Below, piece by piece: positions 29,360 to 40,080 of a stretch of DNA of 64,000 nucleotides (the stretch's first letter is position 1; the number at the start of each line of letters is the position of its first letter). The notes beneath the pieces are model-generated. The model did not search any database and had not been told where the DNA came from. It saw only the letters and a program-made list of their open reading frames with translations. The stretch lies in the IMG/VR virus record IMGVR_UViG_3300048930_001385. The stretch is one strand, 5' to 3'. The stretch comes from an uncultured virus (IMG/VR IMGVR_UViG_3300048930_001385) (Duplodnaviria; Heunggongvirae; Uroviricota; Caudoviricetes). The translations under genes were made by a program, and so were the position numbers.

Positions 29360-29659
29360 TCACTGCGGCGGCGCAGGGCCATCGGGAAACGAGCACTGCA
29401 TTTGGAGAGAGGCAGGATGGTCCATATTTGACTCAGCGGTGGCAATCACGCATGTTGAGCCATCATTGTAAGTGACCCGATGCACATCAATATCGTTGTA
29501 CTTGCCCTTCTTGCCGTTATAAAAGTTGCGGCTGTGCTCAGCAACCTTGTGATTTTCAGCGAAGACACTCTTGACACCGGCAATGGCCTGGGGCATCGAG
29601 ATGGCAAGGACTAGTAGCGCGAAGGTGGTGCAAAACATTACCCGGTAGAAGCTGCTCAT
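29360..29659 (-). CDS. secreted hypothetical protein
   Basis: signal-peptide-like N-terminus. Confidence 0.65.
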   Translation of the reverse strand: MSSFYRVMFCTTFALLVLAISMPQAIAGVKSVFAENHKVAEHSRNFYNGKKGKYNDIDVHRVTYNDGSTCVIATAESNMDHPASLQMQCSFPDGPAPPQ

Positions 29660-29750
29660 GATGGACCCTTTCTTTAGAATCGGCGGTCCTTCCGCCTCCT
29701 ATTAACTATATCGGCAAGCGGCTAACAAAACTAGAGGCCAGGTTAGTGGC

Positions 29751-29828
29751 CTAAAGGTGCGGGTCGCAGTAGTAGCGACGGACGCCGATACTGATAGCGT
29801 GCCGCTCTTGCCGCCGTCCATCCAGTAG
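29751..29828 (-). pseudogene. 3' remnant of the 16487-16792 gene
   Basis: WMDGGKSGT(frameshift)ISIGVRRYYCDPHL*. Confidence 0.65.
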
Positions 29829-29871
29829 CCACTGTTTCAGCCCTCTTAGATTAGGGATCAGTGGGTATTAA

Positions 29872-30108
29872 TTAAAGCGCTGGCCCTAGATAAGCGACCA
29901 ACGCTTCTAATCTCCTACACCTAGTCGGAGGGTCAGTAGCTCTACTCTCGTAGCATCCCTCTTCTTTCATCCACTGCTCGGCCTCTGCTTCAGTGTCGAA
30001 GTATCCGAGAATATCTTCATCGTCCAGCATATCAAGCGGTGCGATGGGCGCGTCGTCGGCAACGACAACAAAGCCGTTGATGCTGCAATGAATAATACGA
30101 ACCTGCAT
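29872..30108 (-). CDS. hypothetical protein
   Basis: cassette ORF. Confidence 0.55.
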   Translation of the reverse strand: MQVRIIHCSINGFVVVADDAPIAPLDMLDDEDILGYFDTEAEAEQWMKEEGCYESRATDPPTRCRRLEALVAYLGPAL

Positions 30109-30225
30109 GAGAGTCCCTTTGGCGGCTGACCCTATATGTATCGGTTCGGGATGAATTTATCTTGAGGACAATCGGTGGCCCCTGAGTGAACGTGAGCATG
30201 GTGCGCTGGCTAGCCATCAGGATTG

Positions 30226-30609
30226 TTACTCTACCGTATAAACGTAAGCATCCAGCTCGGTGATCCCCAAAGACAGGGCGATGGTTATACGGTGTGCACC
30301 GTCGAGCCAGCGCAAGCGACCATTCTTGAGACGCTTTAGCACCAGGGGCGGCACGTCGTCCCCGCGACGCAGGGCCCTCTCAAGACCATAATAGCCGGGT
30401 TCGAACTCTTCGGCCCAATCATCGGCGCTCATCGCTTGATAATACTCTGGATTCGGATCGTTGTCTGGACACCACATGGCGATGATCCCGTTAATCGAGA
30501 CCTTCTCTAGCTCGAGCTGCTCTTGAGGTAAAAGCCCGTGCAAGCACTGACCGCCGATAAGGTCGGCTAGGTCGCGAGCTTGGATCGTCTCAGGATAGGT
30601 CTTTCTCAT
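30226..30609 (-). CDS. ParB/Srx-like domain protein, leaderless
   Basis: VPPLVL...WLDGAHRI..A..LG. Confidence 0.7.
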   Translation of the reverse strand: MRKTYPETIQARDLADLIGGQCLHGLLPQEQLELEKVSINGIIAMWCPDNDPNPEYYQAMSADDWAEEFEPGYYGLERALRRGDDVPPLVLKRLKNGRLRWLDGAHRITIALSLGITELDAYVYTVE

Positions 30610-30678
30610 GCTTTCTATATCGGCCAGGGATGAATTTATACTGAGGACAATTGAGTGGCCGCTCGGCCAAACCTGGCC

Positions 30679-30915
30679 CTAGATCAGGCCGATGCGCGAG
30701 GCTCGGACGCTGGCCTTGATCCATGCCTGTGCTTCGATCCAGCCGATGGGGCCTGAATTCATCATCTGCGAGTGGGCACGAGCAAAACCGTCCTTCTCGA
30801 TCTTGCGGGCGATGCGATCCGTGTGCTTGGAGCGGATCGTGGCCTTCGTCTGCTTGACCTCAGCGTCGATCTCGCGCTCGTTCTTGGCGACAATGTCCTC
30901 GCGGATACCAGTCAT
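30679..30915 (-). CDS. hypothetical protein, paralogue of 41909-42133
   Basis: GIRE..V.KN..EIDAEV.QTKATIR...GPIGWIEAQAWI. Confidence 0.8.
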   Translation of the reverse strand: MTGIREDIVAKNEREIDAEVKQTKATIRSKHTDRIARKIEKDGFARAHSQMMNSGPIGWIEAQAWIKASVRASRIGLI

Positions 30916-31469
30916 AGCAGACTCCTAGATTTGGGGAAGACCGTTTCTCCCTCGCCCTAATATTATCGGCACAACATGAAAATATCTTGAGGCCAAGTCT
31001 ATGGCCAGTTGGAATATGACCTTAGAAAGGGCACGGGCCGCATCGTTGAGAGGCGGCTTCCGTATAGTCCCCGACATGCTGCTTCTATGGCGAGGCTGGA
31101 CATGTCTAATAAGTTGACCCAGTTTGGGCTCTAATCTATCTATCGGCCCGAGACGATTTATCTTGAGGCCAGTATCGTGGCCAACCTGGACAGCGCGTTA
31201 TCGGCTGCTGATCCCCAGCCATACTCCACCGACAGCGGCGAGACCGATACCTCCGCCACCAAGCGCCGCATTGAAAACTGTTGCCGCGATAACTAGGACG
31301 AGTGTCTTGAGAAATAACATTGCGACAGCCTTTCTGTGGCGGGAGCGCTTCTCCCTTGCCCTATATGTATCGGCTAGAGATTAACATATCGTGAGGACAG
31401 TGCATTGGCCGCCTTGCGGACTCTGCACGAGTAGGCCGGGTGAGCCCTGTTGAAGGTAGTTGCCCTTGG

Positions 31470-31865
31470 CTAGGCCTTATTCAGAGCCAGCGCCGCCCGC
31501 TCACCCAACTCTACCAGCACTCGCTCAGCCATAAAATTGCCGAAGGCTGAACACATGAAGCTTGTTGCGCTGCGCTCCATGACGTCGCCGAAGCTGTCGT
31601 CGAACATGCTCCCATTCATCTCGTCTGCGAGCCACTCGGCATAACGTGGAGTCTGGCGCGCGGCATTGAACGCAGCCTTGGAGACAGGGTCCTTCTGGGG
31701 GTCAGGACCGCCGAAAATAGCCTCCCAGACGTTGGTGCCGGGGTGGTCATTCTCGCCGAGGTGCGCACCGTCAGCGATAAGCGCATCCCGATAAGTATCG
31801 ATGGCGCGGTGTCCCTCATCGGTAAGGGCGTGGTAGCGGCTTGCGTAGCTGGTGGAGTAGCTCAT
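31470..31865 (-). CDS. hypothetical protein
   Basis: cassette ORF with RBS. Confidence 0.7.
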   Translation of the reverse strand: MSYSTSYASRYHALTDEGHRAIDTYRDALIADGAHLGENDHPGTNVWEAIFGGPDPQKDPVSKAAFNAARQTPRYAEWLADEMNGSMFDDSFGDVMERSATSFMCSAFGNFMAERVLVELGERAALALNKA

Positions 31866-31965
31866 CGTAATCCTCTCGTCGGCCTGCCCTAACTGTATCG
31901 GCTCGGGAGAAAAGTATCAGGAGGACAACTGATTGGCCAGACACCTAGCTAGTAAGCGATGTTGA

Positions 31966-32484
31966 CTACTCGCTGAGGGCGAACACGGCTATATGGTATA
32001 GGCCATCCACCCCCTGCAGAGACACCATGCCATCGTGAGCAGTCTCTACTCTATACTCCTGACCACGATCCAAACCCTCGTGTCCCTTGACAGCGTGCTT
32101 ATAGATCAATGTGTCCCCAGCACTGATACCGTCAGTTGACGTGAGCAACTGAGTGTTATCGGGTAGTATGTTTGCAACTCCGACCGGAGCTTCTCCATCA
32201 ATAAGCGTTAAAAGGTAGATACGCTCAAGCGCAGTGAGCGGATTAGGGTCAACAATCTCAAGCAGAGTACTCTCGAGCTCATCGAGTCGTCCTTGCATGG
32301 CAAGAATATCGTTGCGCAGCTGCCTGTTCTCGCCGACCGGGAGACCATTGTTATTACGCTGGCCCCAGACACGCCCGTCTCCGTGCTGGATAATATCATC
32401 CTCTACACGAGTCAGTAAAACAGTCAGAAGATACCGGACCTGCTTATAATCATTTAACGTCATTTCCGCCTTACTATTATTCAC
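31966..32484 (-). CDS. hypothetical protein
   Basis: 172-aa ORF. Confidence 0.65.
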   Translation of the reverse strand: MNNSKAEMTLNDYKQVRYLLTVLLTRVEDDIIQHGDGRVWGQRNNNGLPVGENRQLRNDILAMQGRLDELESTLLEIVDPNPLTALERIYLLTLIDGEAPVGVANILPDNTQLLTSTDGISAGDTLIYKHAVKGHEGLDRGQEYRVETAHDGMVSLQGVDGLYHIAVFALSE

Positions 32485-32619
32485 ACTTGCTCCACTTCAT
32501 CTATTCTCATTGTGCCCGAAGCCGTAGTAAACGCAAGTTCAGGACAATTCATAGAGAACAAAAGTTCGCTATTAGCGAGAAATGGGTTGTCTTATAGTAA
32601 GGATGGAGAGTCCCGTGTC

Positions 32620-32880
32620 TCACATGCTCTTCTGGTGCGCGAGCAGCTCTCCAGCAACCTTCTCGCCAAACACTCCGAATGATGCTGGTGATCCCCACCT
32701 GTCCATGAAGTGGCGACCATAACGAGAGTCCGCCCAATCGGATACAACCTCGAGAGGGATGGAGAGCATGTCAGCAGCGTTTGCGAGCACCCGATCATGT
32801 GCTCGGGTGCGCAGACTGTGGCCAAGGTAGCCGAAGCCGCTAGAAGGGAGCTCCTGGATGTCAGCACTGGTGATTTCCAT
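32620..32880 (-). CDS. hypothetical protein, leaderless
   Basis: CGACA-N8-ATG; WADSRYGRHF. Confidence 0.65.
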   Translation of the reverse strand: MEITSADIQELPSSGFGYLGHSLRTRAHDRVLANAADMLSIPLEVVSDWADSRYGRHFMDRWGSPASFGVFGEKVAGELLAHQKSM

Positions 32881-32965
32881 ACCCTTTGTGTCGGCAGGGT
32901 ATGAATTTATCTAGAGGACAGAATCCTGGCCGCGTGTGCTAAGTACACACCGAGAGCGGAGGTTA

Positions 32966-33529
32966 TCACCTCTTGCGCTTGAAAAACCGCAGGAGACGAG
33001 CAAGGCGTCCCCGCGCTGGTTCATTTGCCTCAGCATTGCCGCACATAGCATCGATAGCGATCTGGGCTTCCCGCGCGAATTCCTGCCGCTCTGCCTGTTC
33101 CCGGAGCCACTGTTGGCGAGCGATCATGCTCTCCGATGGATCCTCCGTGAGGCTGTTTGCAGTCAGCTGGGAGATTGTGCTCTGGGCCTCACGAGCAAAC
33201 TGCTTGCGCTCTCGGACACGCTGGCGCTCGGCCTCGACCGGATCAGTTGATACGGCAATCAGTCGATCTACAGCCTGTGCGATCTCGACCTGCTCGCGAA
33301 TCTTTGCCTGATTCTCGTCTTCAGCCAGTTGCGCAGCAGCAAGGTAGCCGTTGCGCCAGAGCTTGAAACCATACTCGGTAAGGCCTTGATCCTGTGGAGG
33401 CTCACATTTGCGACCTGTGCGGTAGGCGTTGTATCCCCAGTTAAAAATTTGGCAGTTGATGCAATGAGTCTCACTAGCACGCCACGAAATAAACTCAATA
33501 TCACACATTGCGCAGTATGCTTCCATCAC
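32966..33529 (-). CDS. hypothetical protein (CxxC pairs, coiled coil)
   Basis: ER.QFAREAQ-like repeat twice. Confidence 0.65.
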   Translation of the reverse strand: MMEAYCAMCDIEFISWRASETHCINCQIFNWGYNAYRTGRKCEPPQDQGLTEYGFKLWRNGYLAAAQLAEDENQAKIREQVEIAQAVDRLIAVSTDPVEAERQRVRERKQFAREAQSTISQLTANSLTEDPSESMIARQQWLREQAERQEFAREAQIAIDAMCGNAEANEPARGRLARLLRFFKRKR

Positions 33530-33634
33530 TCACTCCCCGGTGGTTCTTTACTCCATGTTATTAACGTCATCAGTCCAGCAAGACAAGAGGACAGGTTAGT
33601 GGCCGCTTGACACCATCGCTCTACACCGATGGTG

Positions 33635-34396
33635 TCAAGCGACTCCCCTAAGGATAATGCAAGCCAGCAGGATAACAATCATGAGGTTGTGCATGAGGTG
33701 CCAGACAGTGGCTCGCCAAATCGGGTCGTGCTGAGGCCCTTGGTTCACGATAGCCCTGTATGCACGCTTGTAGACGAAGGTGAACATCAGCGCGGGCCAA
33801 ACAAGCGCGAGCGCGGCCCCGAGCGGGATTCCTACCAGCATGTGAGCAAGGCCGAAGAGGATAGAAGCAGGTGCCCACTGGCGAATACGAGTACGGCCAT
33901 CGCGAAAGATCTGCTCCTCAACATGAACAAGTCGGGGCATATACCATGCAAGCACGAGTGCGAAGCCAATGCCAAGGACAATGGGAAACTGCACTACTCC
34001 CGCGACATTCACGTTGGTCGACTGACCGCCCGAACCTTGAAGGAGAGCGCTCCAGCCCCAGCCCATAGGCCCACCCAGGTGGATGAGAACCGTGGCAAGA
34101 GCCATCGTTGGAATCGTCACGAGCAGTGGTACCGCAATAAAGTCATGCCAACGTAGGGCGCGACCGCAGTTCTGCCATGCGGTGACAGTCTCTCCTCGCT
34201 CACGAATAGAATCGATTACAATAACCCCTGCGAAGATTGCTGCTACCGTAAGCATGACATTAAGATCAAGTGCCCAAATGACCCCGATTACGGCCCCGAT
34301 CACCCCGAGCCGCCCCCAGCGAATACAACTAGCCAGAGCGACGAGGAGGTGGTAGGCGAAGAGCGAGAGCATGTGGATTCGGGAGACAAGGATCAT
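33635..34396 (-). CDS. CPBP/Abi (CAAX protease-like) intramembrane metalloprotease
   Basis: EEQIFR, FGLAH, HLMHN motifs; multiple TM helices. Confidence 0.8.
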   Translation of the reverse strand: MILVSRIHMLSLFAYHLLVALASCIRWGRLGVIGAVIGVIWALDLNVMLTVAAIFAGVIVIDSIRERGETVTAWQNCGRALRWHDFIAVPLLVTIPTMALATVLIHLGGPMGWGWSALLQGSGGQSTNVNVAGVVQFPIVLGIGFALVLAWYMPRLVHVEEQIFRDGRTRIRQWAPASILFGLAHMLVGIPLGAALALVWPALMFTFVYKRAYRAIVNQGPQHDPIWRATVWHLMHNLMIVILLACIILRGVA

Positions 34397-34483
34397 CGCG
34401 GTCGCTTTCTATTCAGGATTATCGGCACTCTCATTATCGGTATCCTGGGTCAGGAGAGGAGGACAATATTTGTCCTTTCGCTA

Positions 34484-34660
34484 TTACACCTCAGAAAGAT
34501 ACATGCTGACGGCGTTTGTCGCCGTCCCCTCCACGTCCTGCCAGTTGATAAGCTCGGAGTGAACCCCGAGCGCCTCCACGTCCTGCTGGGTATAGATCAC
34601 CGCGACCCTGCAGTCGGGGTGCTCGCGAAGCTCACTGATAATTTCATGCAATTCCCTCAT
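34484..34660 (-). CDS. 58-aa leaderless hypothetical protein
   Basis: CGATA-N8-ATG; MRELHEIISELREHPD... Confidence 0.6.
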   Translation of the reverse strand: MRELHEIISELREHPDCRVAVIYTQQDVEALGVHSELINWQDVEGTATNAVSMYLSEV

Positions 34661-34754
34661 ACCTCAATTATCGGCTGGGCAAGATCTTATCGGGAGGACA
34701 ACATCGTGGCCCGTTCTGTAAATTGCCACCTGTCAACAAAGAGGCCGGCACCCG

Positions 34755-35066
34755 TCAGCGCTGGTAGAGGTAACTGCCGTACCGGTCGGATGCTGCAACG
34801 CAAGCTGCGAATCCCTCAACGGTGCTTAGATCATATCGGTAGGCAAGGGATCCATCCGCCTTTTTCTGAGGCTGGTTATAGCTAGCTGGCTTGATAACCT
34901 TACCGTTACTTCGCTCAAGGAAAGCGTGCACACTCAGCTGACCGTATGAGATTAATTCAACCTTCGTATATTTGCGGCCGCGTAGATTTAACTGAAAGTA
35001 GTAGTCCTTGTTGCCATGCCGATTGTTCAGCTCAATAACAAATTGCTCGAACACACTTTCGTACAT
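34755..35066 (-). CDS. conserved phage hypothetical protein, leaderless
   Basis: GRKYTK...SVHAFL...G.V.KPAS...P.K...GSYLY. Confidence 0.75.
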   Translation of the reverse strand: MYESVFEQFVIELNNRHGNKDYYFQLNLRGRKYTKVELISYGQLSVHAFLERSNGKVIKPASYNQPQKKADGSLAYRYDLSTVEGFAACVAASDRYGSYLYQR

Positions 35067-35482
35067 AGCTACACTATCGGAGCTGCCGCCCTAACCTTTA
35101 GGCCGGCTACGGAGCTTGACACCAATGATGTCTGGCTCAGCATCATCAAGAAAGGGCCTCAGCCATGCCGCCTGGGCCGCCATCCGTACGACCTGGCCCT
35201 CTCGCAGAGCATCACGCTCGCTCTCCGTGAGTAGGTCCTCGAACCGAAGCCAGCACTGAAGTCCGGGCCCAACGTATGAGATCGTGAGGCTGCCGTTTTT
35301 CTCTAGAGACTCCAGCTCCTTCTGCTCTAGAGTAATAGCGGCTTCATATCCTTCATCATTACCTCCTGTTCTAGGTATCGGCACACTCGTGCGAGGCCGG
35401 AGGACAGTATCTTTGCCGCTCAGGGTACTTGACAAGCAGCTTGGATTGTGCAGCGGCGTTAATCAAGGGCTATACTGAGACC

Positions 35483-35941
35483 GTGGAGCGAGCCGAGTTA
35501 CATCCTTACTTGAGAGTTTTACCTCCCTATGCTCTAGATTATGTTCTTATGAGGTGGCCGCATATCAATACCCTGACCCCGGACTGGCAGGTGACGATTT
35601 TGAAAGAGTGGCTGGCTAAGGAAAAATTAACACACGAGCTCAAGACCTTGCCGGGCGTCGGTGATCGTCGGAGCCATGCTGTACTATCCTTGCGCAAGAC
35701 GGTTACCAATCCAGATGATTCGGTGGTAACTAATTACGATCTTTGGGTGCAGTTTTTGTGCAGATTATGGACAGATCCGGATGCGCTATTAGATGAAAAA
35801 TTCCGGCATGAAAACAGATGGGGTGGCAAGCCAACTATCCAACTATTCACGAAGCCAGTCTTGATTGAGATACGCACCTGGTCGTCGTCCTGGCTTGACG
35901 AGAATGATTTGGAGCTTGTTTGCTCAGCGCTCTATAGTTGA
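35483..35941 (+). CDS. divergent HhH family protein
   Basis: VLPP, KTLPGVGDRRS, TDPDALL, EIRTW; TATACT 6 nt before GTG. Confidence 0.7.
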   Translation: MERAELHPYLRVLPPYALDYVLMRWPHINTLTPDWQVTILKEWLAKEKLTHELKTLPGVGDRRSHAVLSLRKTVTNPDDSVVTNYDLWVQFLCRLWTDPDALLDEKFRHENRWGGKPTIQLFTKPVLIEIRTWSSSWLDENDLELVCSALYS

Positions 35942-35970
35942 AAGGAGGGCGCAAATACTCGCGCAGGCCT

Positions 35971-36267
35971 TTAGCAGCGAGCATCCTTCTCGCTAACAAG
36001 CGCGGCGACGCTATCAGGCAGCTTCACCCAACCACTATCCTGAAGCAGCATAAGAGTGAAGACGGAGATCATGCCCAGCGCAATAATCAGAAGTACAGTG
36101 TTGCCGAGCGTCCGAATGCCCGGGATTCGAGGCATCCGCTTCTTAATATGGTAGCTCATGTCCGTTAGCTCCCACACGGCCATCGGGATCATAACCGCAG
36201 CCATACTAACAACGAGCACAACAATACCTACGACGCCTGCTCCGACGAACCAAATAACCTGTTCCAT
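35971..36267 (-). CDS. membrane protein
   Basis: two hydrophobic segments. Confidence 0.65.
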   Translation of the reverse strand: MEQVIWFVGAGVVGIVVLVVSMAAVMIPMAVWELTDMSYHIKKRMPRIPGIRTLGNTVLLIIALGMISVFTLMLLQDSGWVKLPDSVAALVSEKDARC

Positions 36268-36419
36268 GACGATCTCCTTCTAGCCTTGGGATGTCTAAGT
36301 GTTCCTCGCTCTATATAATTAACGACACATGAGGACGCTTTCATAAGGACAGCGTAGTGGCCGCCTTGTGGACACCGCGTAAATGGAATAGTAAGGCGAC
36401 CTTCCAATCGCTCAGGCCT

Positions 36420-36761
36420 TTATACGGGCTCACAGTCCTTGACCACCGGAAAGTTGGCAGGCGGATAAGAAATCACGTCGTGCACCACGCACTCGTATGT
36501 CTGACCTTCCTTCAGCTTCCGATATAGCTCGGAACGACCGAGAGGATCTAGCTCAACAAAGCCGTAGTACGGGACGTACTTCTCACCGTCCTCAGCTACG
36601 AACATCCAATCCGTGTGGTCCTCGGAATTGCCGAGCAAGTTGGGCTTCTTGTTCTCGAGAGTGAACGTAACCGTCTCTGCCCTCTCGGAAAAGCGGGCCG
36701 AGGTGTTGTTGCACCCGGTCAGCAGCACCATGGCTACCATGAGAATAATGATCAGCTTCAT
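36420..36761 (-). CDS. lipoprotein
   Basis: lipobox LTGC. Confidence 0.7.
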   Translation of the reverse strand: MKLIIILMVAMVLLTGCNNTSARFSERAETVTFTLENKKPNLLGNSEDHTDWMFVAEDGEKYVPYYGFVELDPLGRSELYRKLKEGQTYECVVHDVISYPPANFPVVKDCEPV

Positions 36762-36776
36762 GCTGGTCTCCTACAG

Positions 36777-36986
36777 TTAAACGTTCTTGATGCGCCAGCG
36801 CCCGTCGTGCTGGTAGACGAGGTATCCGATAAGCACGAAGCTGTCCGCACCCTCGGTCACAGGGCCGCCTGTGCTTGATTCGGCTCCTGCGGTGTTCAGC
36901 TTTTCACAAACGGATGCGGTCATGCCCTCGGCATCAACAAGCTGACAGATCTTTGTGAAGTCACTGATGTTCATGGAAGTAGCCAT
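36777..36986 (-). CDS. hypothetical protein
   Basis: starts directly after an element copy. Confidence 0.6.
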   Translation of the reverse strand: MATSMNISDFTKICQLVDAEGMTASVCEKLNTAGAESSTGGPVTEGADSFVLIGYLVYQHDGRWRIKNV

Positions 36987-37327
36987 GTGTTAATTATCGT
37001 CTCCTTCAGGAATTCCTTGAGGACAGGACCGTGGCCGCACGGGCAGACAGGGTCTATGCCGCTCGCCAGTTAAGACGCGACGCGATCTCGTGAACGCGCC
37101 GGATCTCCTCCTGAACCGGCTGGCGCTGTTCGTGTACCCAAAAGCTCCGCATCACCTGATTGTAAGCGCGCAGCTCCTCTACCGCTCGCACCTCAGCGTG
37201 GCCTCGTCGGCGCATGCGCTCGCTGTGCAGGTCGATGATCTCCATCACTAGCTCCTCTGGTGTCTGTTGCCGTGCTAGTAGTATTAACGGTCCACCATCA
37301 GGATCTTGAGAGGACAACTAGCTGGCC

Positions 37328-37843
37328 CTACATCTCCAAGCGGGTTAAACGCTCTGCCTCTGCCTGTGCGAGTGCAAGAGAGGGGAAGTGAGGCGCTGAT
37401 GTGACCTTGCCGAGCTCACGGGCGCGGCGGGCATTGCGCTTCATTGCGATCCACTCACGGATTCCCATTTGCTCGATCTTGCTGTAGACCTCCTCGCTGT
37501 ACGGGGCCAGAAGGGTGCACTCTCCCTCACTGACGACGTTCTTTAGTGTGAGGTCGAGGGACCTGACTCCAAACGACCGCTGCGAAGACTGGTGGGGAAC
37601 CGCAATGTTCCGCATCAGGGCAGGAAATTGTGACTGGAGGCAATCAGTGAACATGGTCACGGCGTCGCTCTCAGTCATGGCCACCGTGATCTCGTTCTTG
37701 ACCCGGTAGACGTAACCAGGATCGATGACATCGTAGCGGTAGCCCTTGCCCTTGAGAATTGTCTCCACGGCCTCGGCATCGCCCGCGAGCGTGTCACGGA
37801 TTTCGATGGTTGCGCTAACCCGGTAGATGTTGAAGTCGGACAT
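37328..37843 (-). CDS. hypothetical protein
   Basis: cassette ORF; stop abuts the palindrome. Confidence 0.7.
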   Translation of the reverse strand: MSDFNIYRVSATIEIRDTLAGDAEAVETILKGKGYRYDVIDPGYVYRVKNEITVAMTESDAVTMFTDCLQSQFPALMRNIAVPHQSSQRSFGVRSLDLTLKNVVSEGECTLLAPYSEEVYSKIEQMGIREWIAMKRNARRARELGKVTSAPHFPSLALAQAEAERLTRLEM

Positions 37844-37920
37844 AGTAGAACCTTTCCTAGTGGACTGTCACTCTAAGTATCGGCTCGGGATGACCATGCC
37901 TTGAGGCCAAGCAGTTAGTT

Positions 37921-38436
37921 TTACGCAGCCTTGATTGGCTTGATCAAACCGTCCTCAACGGCCAGCTCCAGCTCTCGCATCGTGAACAGCTTGCCAGCGA
38001 CATTGATTACATGATCCATGCGCGTGCCGATCCAGTGCTCTGGACCGATCTGGATGCAGGAGTATTCAACCCCATCGGCGTTGAGCGTCTTGCGAAGAAT
38101 CTCGCTATTACGTCGCTGAACGAGATCCCTGATCACTCGGTAGAAGGGGCGACGTGACTGCCAGCGCACGTTCTTATCAGGGGCCGAGCCCACGACATTG
38201 ATCAGGACGAGATTGCCAAGGCCATCCAGCTCGTAGACGTTGCCCGTGCTGACGTTGCGGAAGCAATCCATGCCCGAGTAGAACTCTACCTGCTTCCCCT
38301 TCTTATGTCCGGGAAGGTATCCACGAGAGTAAAGCCACATGAACGGCATGAACATATGCCGTGTACGAATTTCGGCGTAGAAGGTGTTCTCGGTGCCGAT
38401 GAAGCTTCCCCACGGTCGCGTGAACTGCTGAATCAT
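37921..38436 (-). CDS. hypothetical protein
   Basis: cassette ORF. Confidence 0.7.
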   Translation of the reverse strand: MIQQFTRPWGSFIGTENTFYAEIRTRHMFMPFMWLYSRGYLPGHKKGKQVEFYSGMDCFRNVSTGNVYELDGLGNLVLINVVGSAPDKNVRWQSRRPFYRVIRDLVQRRNSEILRKTLNADGVEYSCIQIGPEHWIGTRMDHVINVAGKLFTMRELELAVEDGLIKPIKAA

Positions 38437-38538
38437 GATAGTCCCTCGGGCTTGAAGTTTGAGCGTTTCTTCATTGCCCTAATATTATCGGCTACTGGTC
38501 CCTGGTCTAGAGGACAAGCTATTGGCCTGTACAGTAAT

Positions 38539-38811
38539 TTACTCCACTACCTCAACGATATAGCGGTCAAGCCAATTCGCAGGGACAACACTGACCGAGT
38601 AATCATTGCGCGGTGTGCGAAGCCAGACTCGGTAAGGCTGCTCCCACCACATCGCTGAGTTGCCAGTCTTGAACATTCCGTGCGGAGCACAGTCGCCCTC
38701 CGCGCCGTGCTCACACCACTGCTCAAGATCAACGAATCCCTCAGGCTTGTCTCCACCCACCTGGGCATAGGGCTGGCCACTCTTGTCGGCGTACTCTCGC
38801 AGGTCGCTCAT
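38539..38811 (-). CDS. hypothetical protein
   Basis: cassette ORF with AGGAG RBS. Confidence 0.65.
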   Translation of the reverse strand: MSDLREYADKSGQPYAQVGGDKPEGFVDLEQWCEHGAEGDCAPHGMFKTGNSAMWWEQPYRVWLRTPRNDYSVSVVPANWLDRYIVEVVE

Positions 38812-38914
38812 TATAACTTCTCCTAGTCAGCTCGCAAGAGGATCTTCCCTCCGCCCTATTATTAACGGAACGAGAGCTGGTATTCTTGAGGCCAGGGCTG
38901 TGGCCCTCCTGTTC

Positions 38915-39181
38915 TCATCCGGGAACGACAGTATTTTCAGTATTGATGATTCGGACAGGTATCCCGAGATACTGCGCTGGCAATCCCGCTCGCCCATCCC
39001 TAGGTGGCGATGTGTGGTGATGGAGCGTAACACGGATATACCATCGACCTGATCCATCCCGCCGGATCGAGCTTGCGTGATAAGTAACGTCTACGGGAGG
39101 GTGCTGTCGGGCAAACTCCCTGACAATCTCCATTCGCTCGTCCTCAGACAAGTCGGAGAGAAGGCTCTGGTCCCAGAACAT
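38915..39181 (-). CDS. hypothetical protein
   Basis: cassette ORF. Confidence 0.6.
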   Translation of the reverse strand: MFWDQSLLSDLSEDERMEIVREFARQHPPVDVTYHASSIRRDGSGRWYIRVTLHHHTSPPRDGRAGLPAQYLGIPVRIINTENTVVPG

Positions 39182-39279
39182 TCATGCAGCCTTACTTCTG
39201 TGACAGCGGTGTTAGCTCGGCCCCGCCATCGGTGTAATCTTCTTATCGGTCACTCGGGCGCTAGACCTGAGGACAATGC

Positions 39280-39495
39280 TTAGGCCGCTCGGGCGAGGAG
39301 TGCGAAGCGACGCAGCACCTCGTTATTGAGAGCATTCGGGTCCAGACCATATCCGTAGATCAAGCACTCGCGCTCGACCTGGTGACGAAGGTACTGGAGC
39401 CACTGGTTGCGGAGAGTCAGCTGAGAATAGCCCATGCCCAGCGGCTGACCGGGGCGGCGAAGATAGCGCTGGCTGGCGAAGTCAATAACCATCAT
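39280..39495 (-). CDS. hypothetical protein
   Basis: cassette ORF with AAGGAG RBS. Confidence 0.6.
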   Translation of the reverse strand: MMVIDFASQRYLRRPGQPLGMGYSQLTLRNQWLQYLRHQVERECLIYGYGLDPNALNNEVLRRFALLARAA

Positions 39496-39583
39496 TTTCT
39501 CCTTCTCGGAGGTTTGCTTCTGTAGTACTATTATCGGTCTCTAAGGTGTCATCCCGGAGGACAATCTCGTGGCCTACGCCCGG

Positions 39584-39961
39584 TCAGTCGACTGCGGCTG
39601 TCACAGCATGGGCCCGACCGGTCTCGAATCCAGCCCAGAGAGCGCCATAGTCGGTTAGGTAATCGGAGTGATGAACGGTGACCCCTGTTCCGGCCTTGTC
39701 GAGAGCTCGCTGCATGGCATCCTTAAGAACCTTGCCAATGCGCCGGCGTCGCATTTTCTTTGGCACCTCAATGTAATCGATCTCGCCAGAAGGCTTGATA
39801 TAGAGAACCCCGACCGTGTAGCCGTCCATGCGAGCGCAAGCCCGGTAAAGTCCGTCCTGAATCGGCTCACAAACGATTTCCATCGTCGCCGGGGCCGGGC
39901 CACGCGAACCCACGTATGCCTCACCCGTAAACTGCTTGCCGATGTAGGTGATCCGCTTCAT
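39584..39961 (-). CDS. GNAT-like acetyltransferase, leaderless
   Basis: IDYIEVPKKMRRRRIGKVL; LTDYGALW. Confidence 0.65.
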   Translation of the reverse strand: MKRITYIGKQFTGEAYVGSRGPAPATMEIVCEPIQDGLYRACARMDGYTVGVLYIKPSGEIDYIEVPKKMRRRRIGKVLKDAMQRALDKAGTGVTVHHSDYLTDYGALWAGFETGRAHAVTAAVD

Positions 39962-40080
39962 ATTGTTACTATCGGGTCCTTCTGCTCTTGACGAGAGGAC
40001 AATTACCTGGCCCACACAAAAGAGAGGGCTAGCCTAAGCTAGCCCTCCCCGGTGTCTAGTTTGATCCTGCTGCTGTGAGG

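Noticed and set aside
35091..35435. ORF 35091-35435 as an intact gene
   Set aside because: The track start lies upstream of the element, and the ATG after the AGGAGG RBS is out of frame with the long ORF; probably frameshifted, left uncalled
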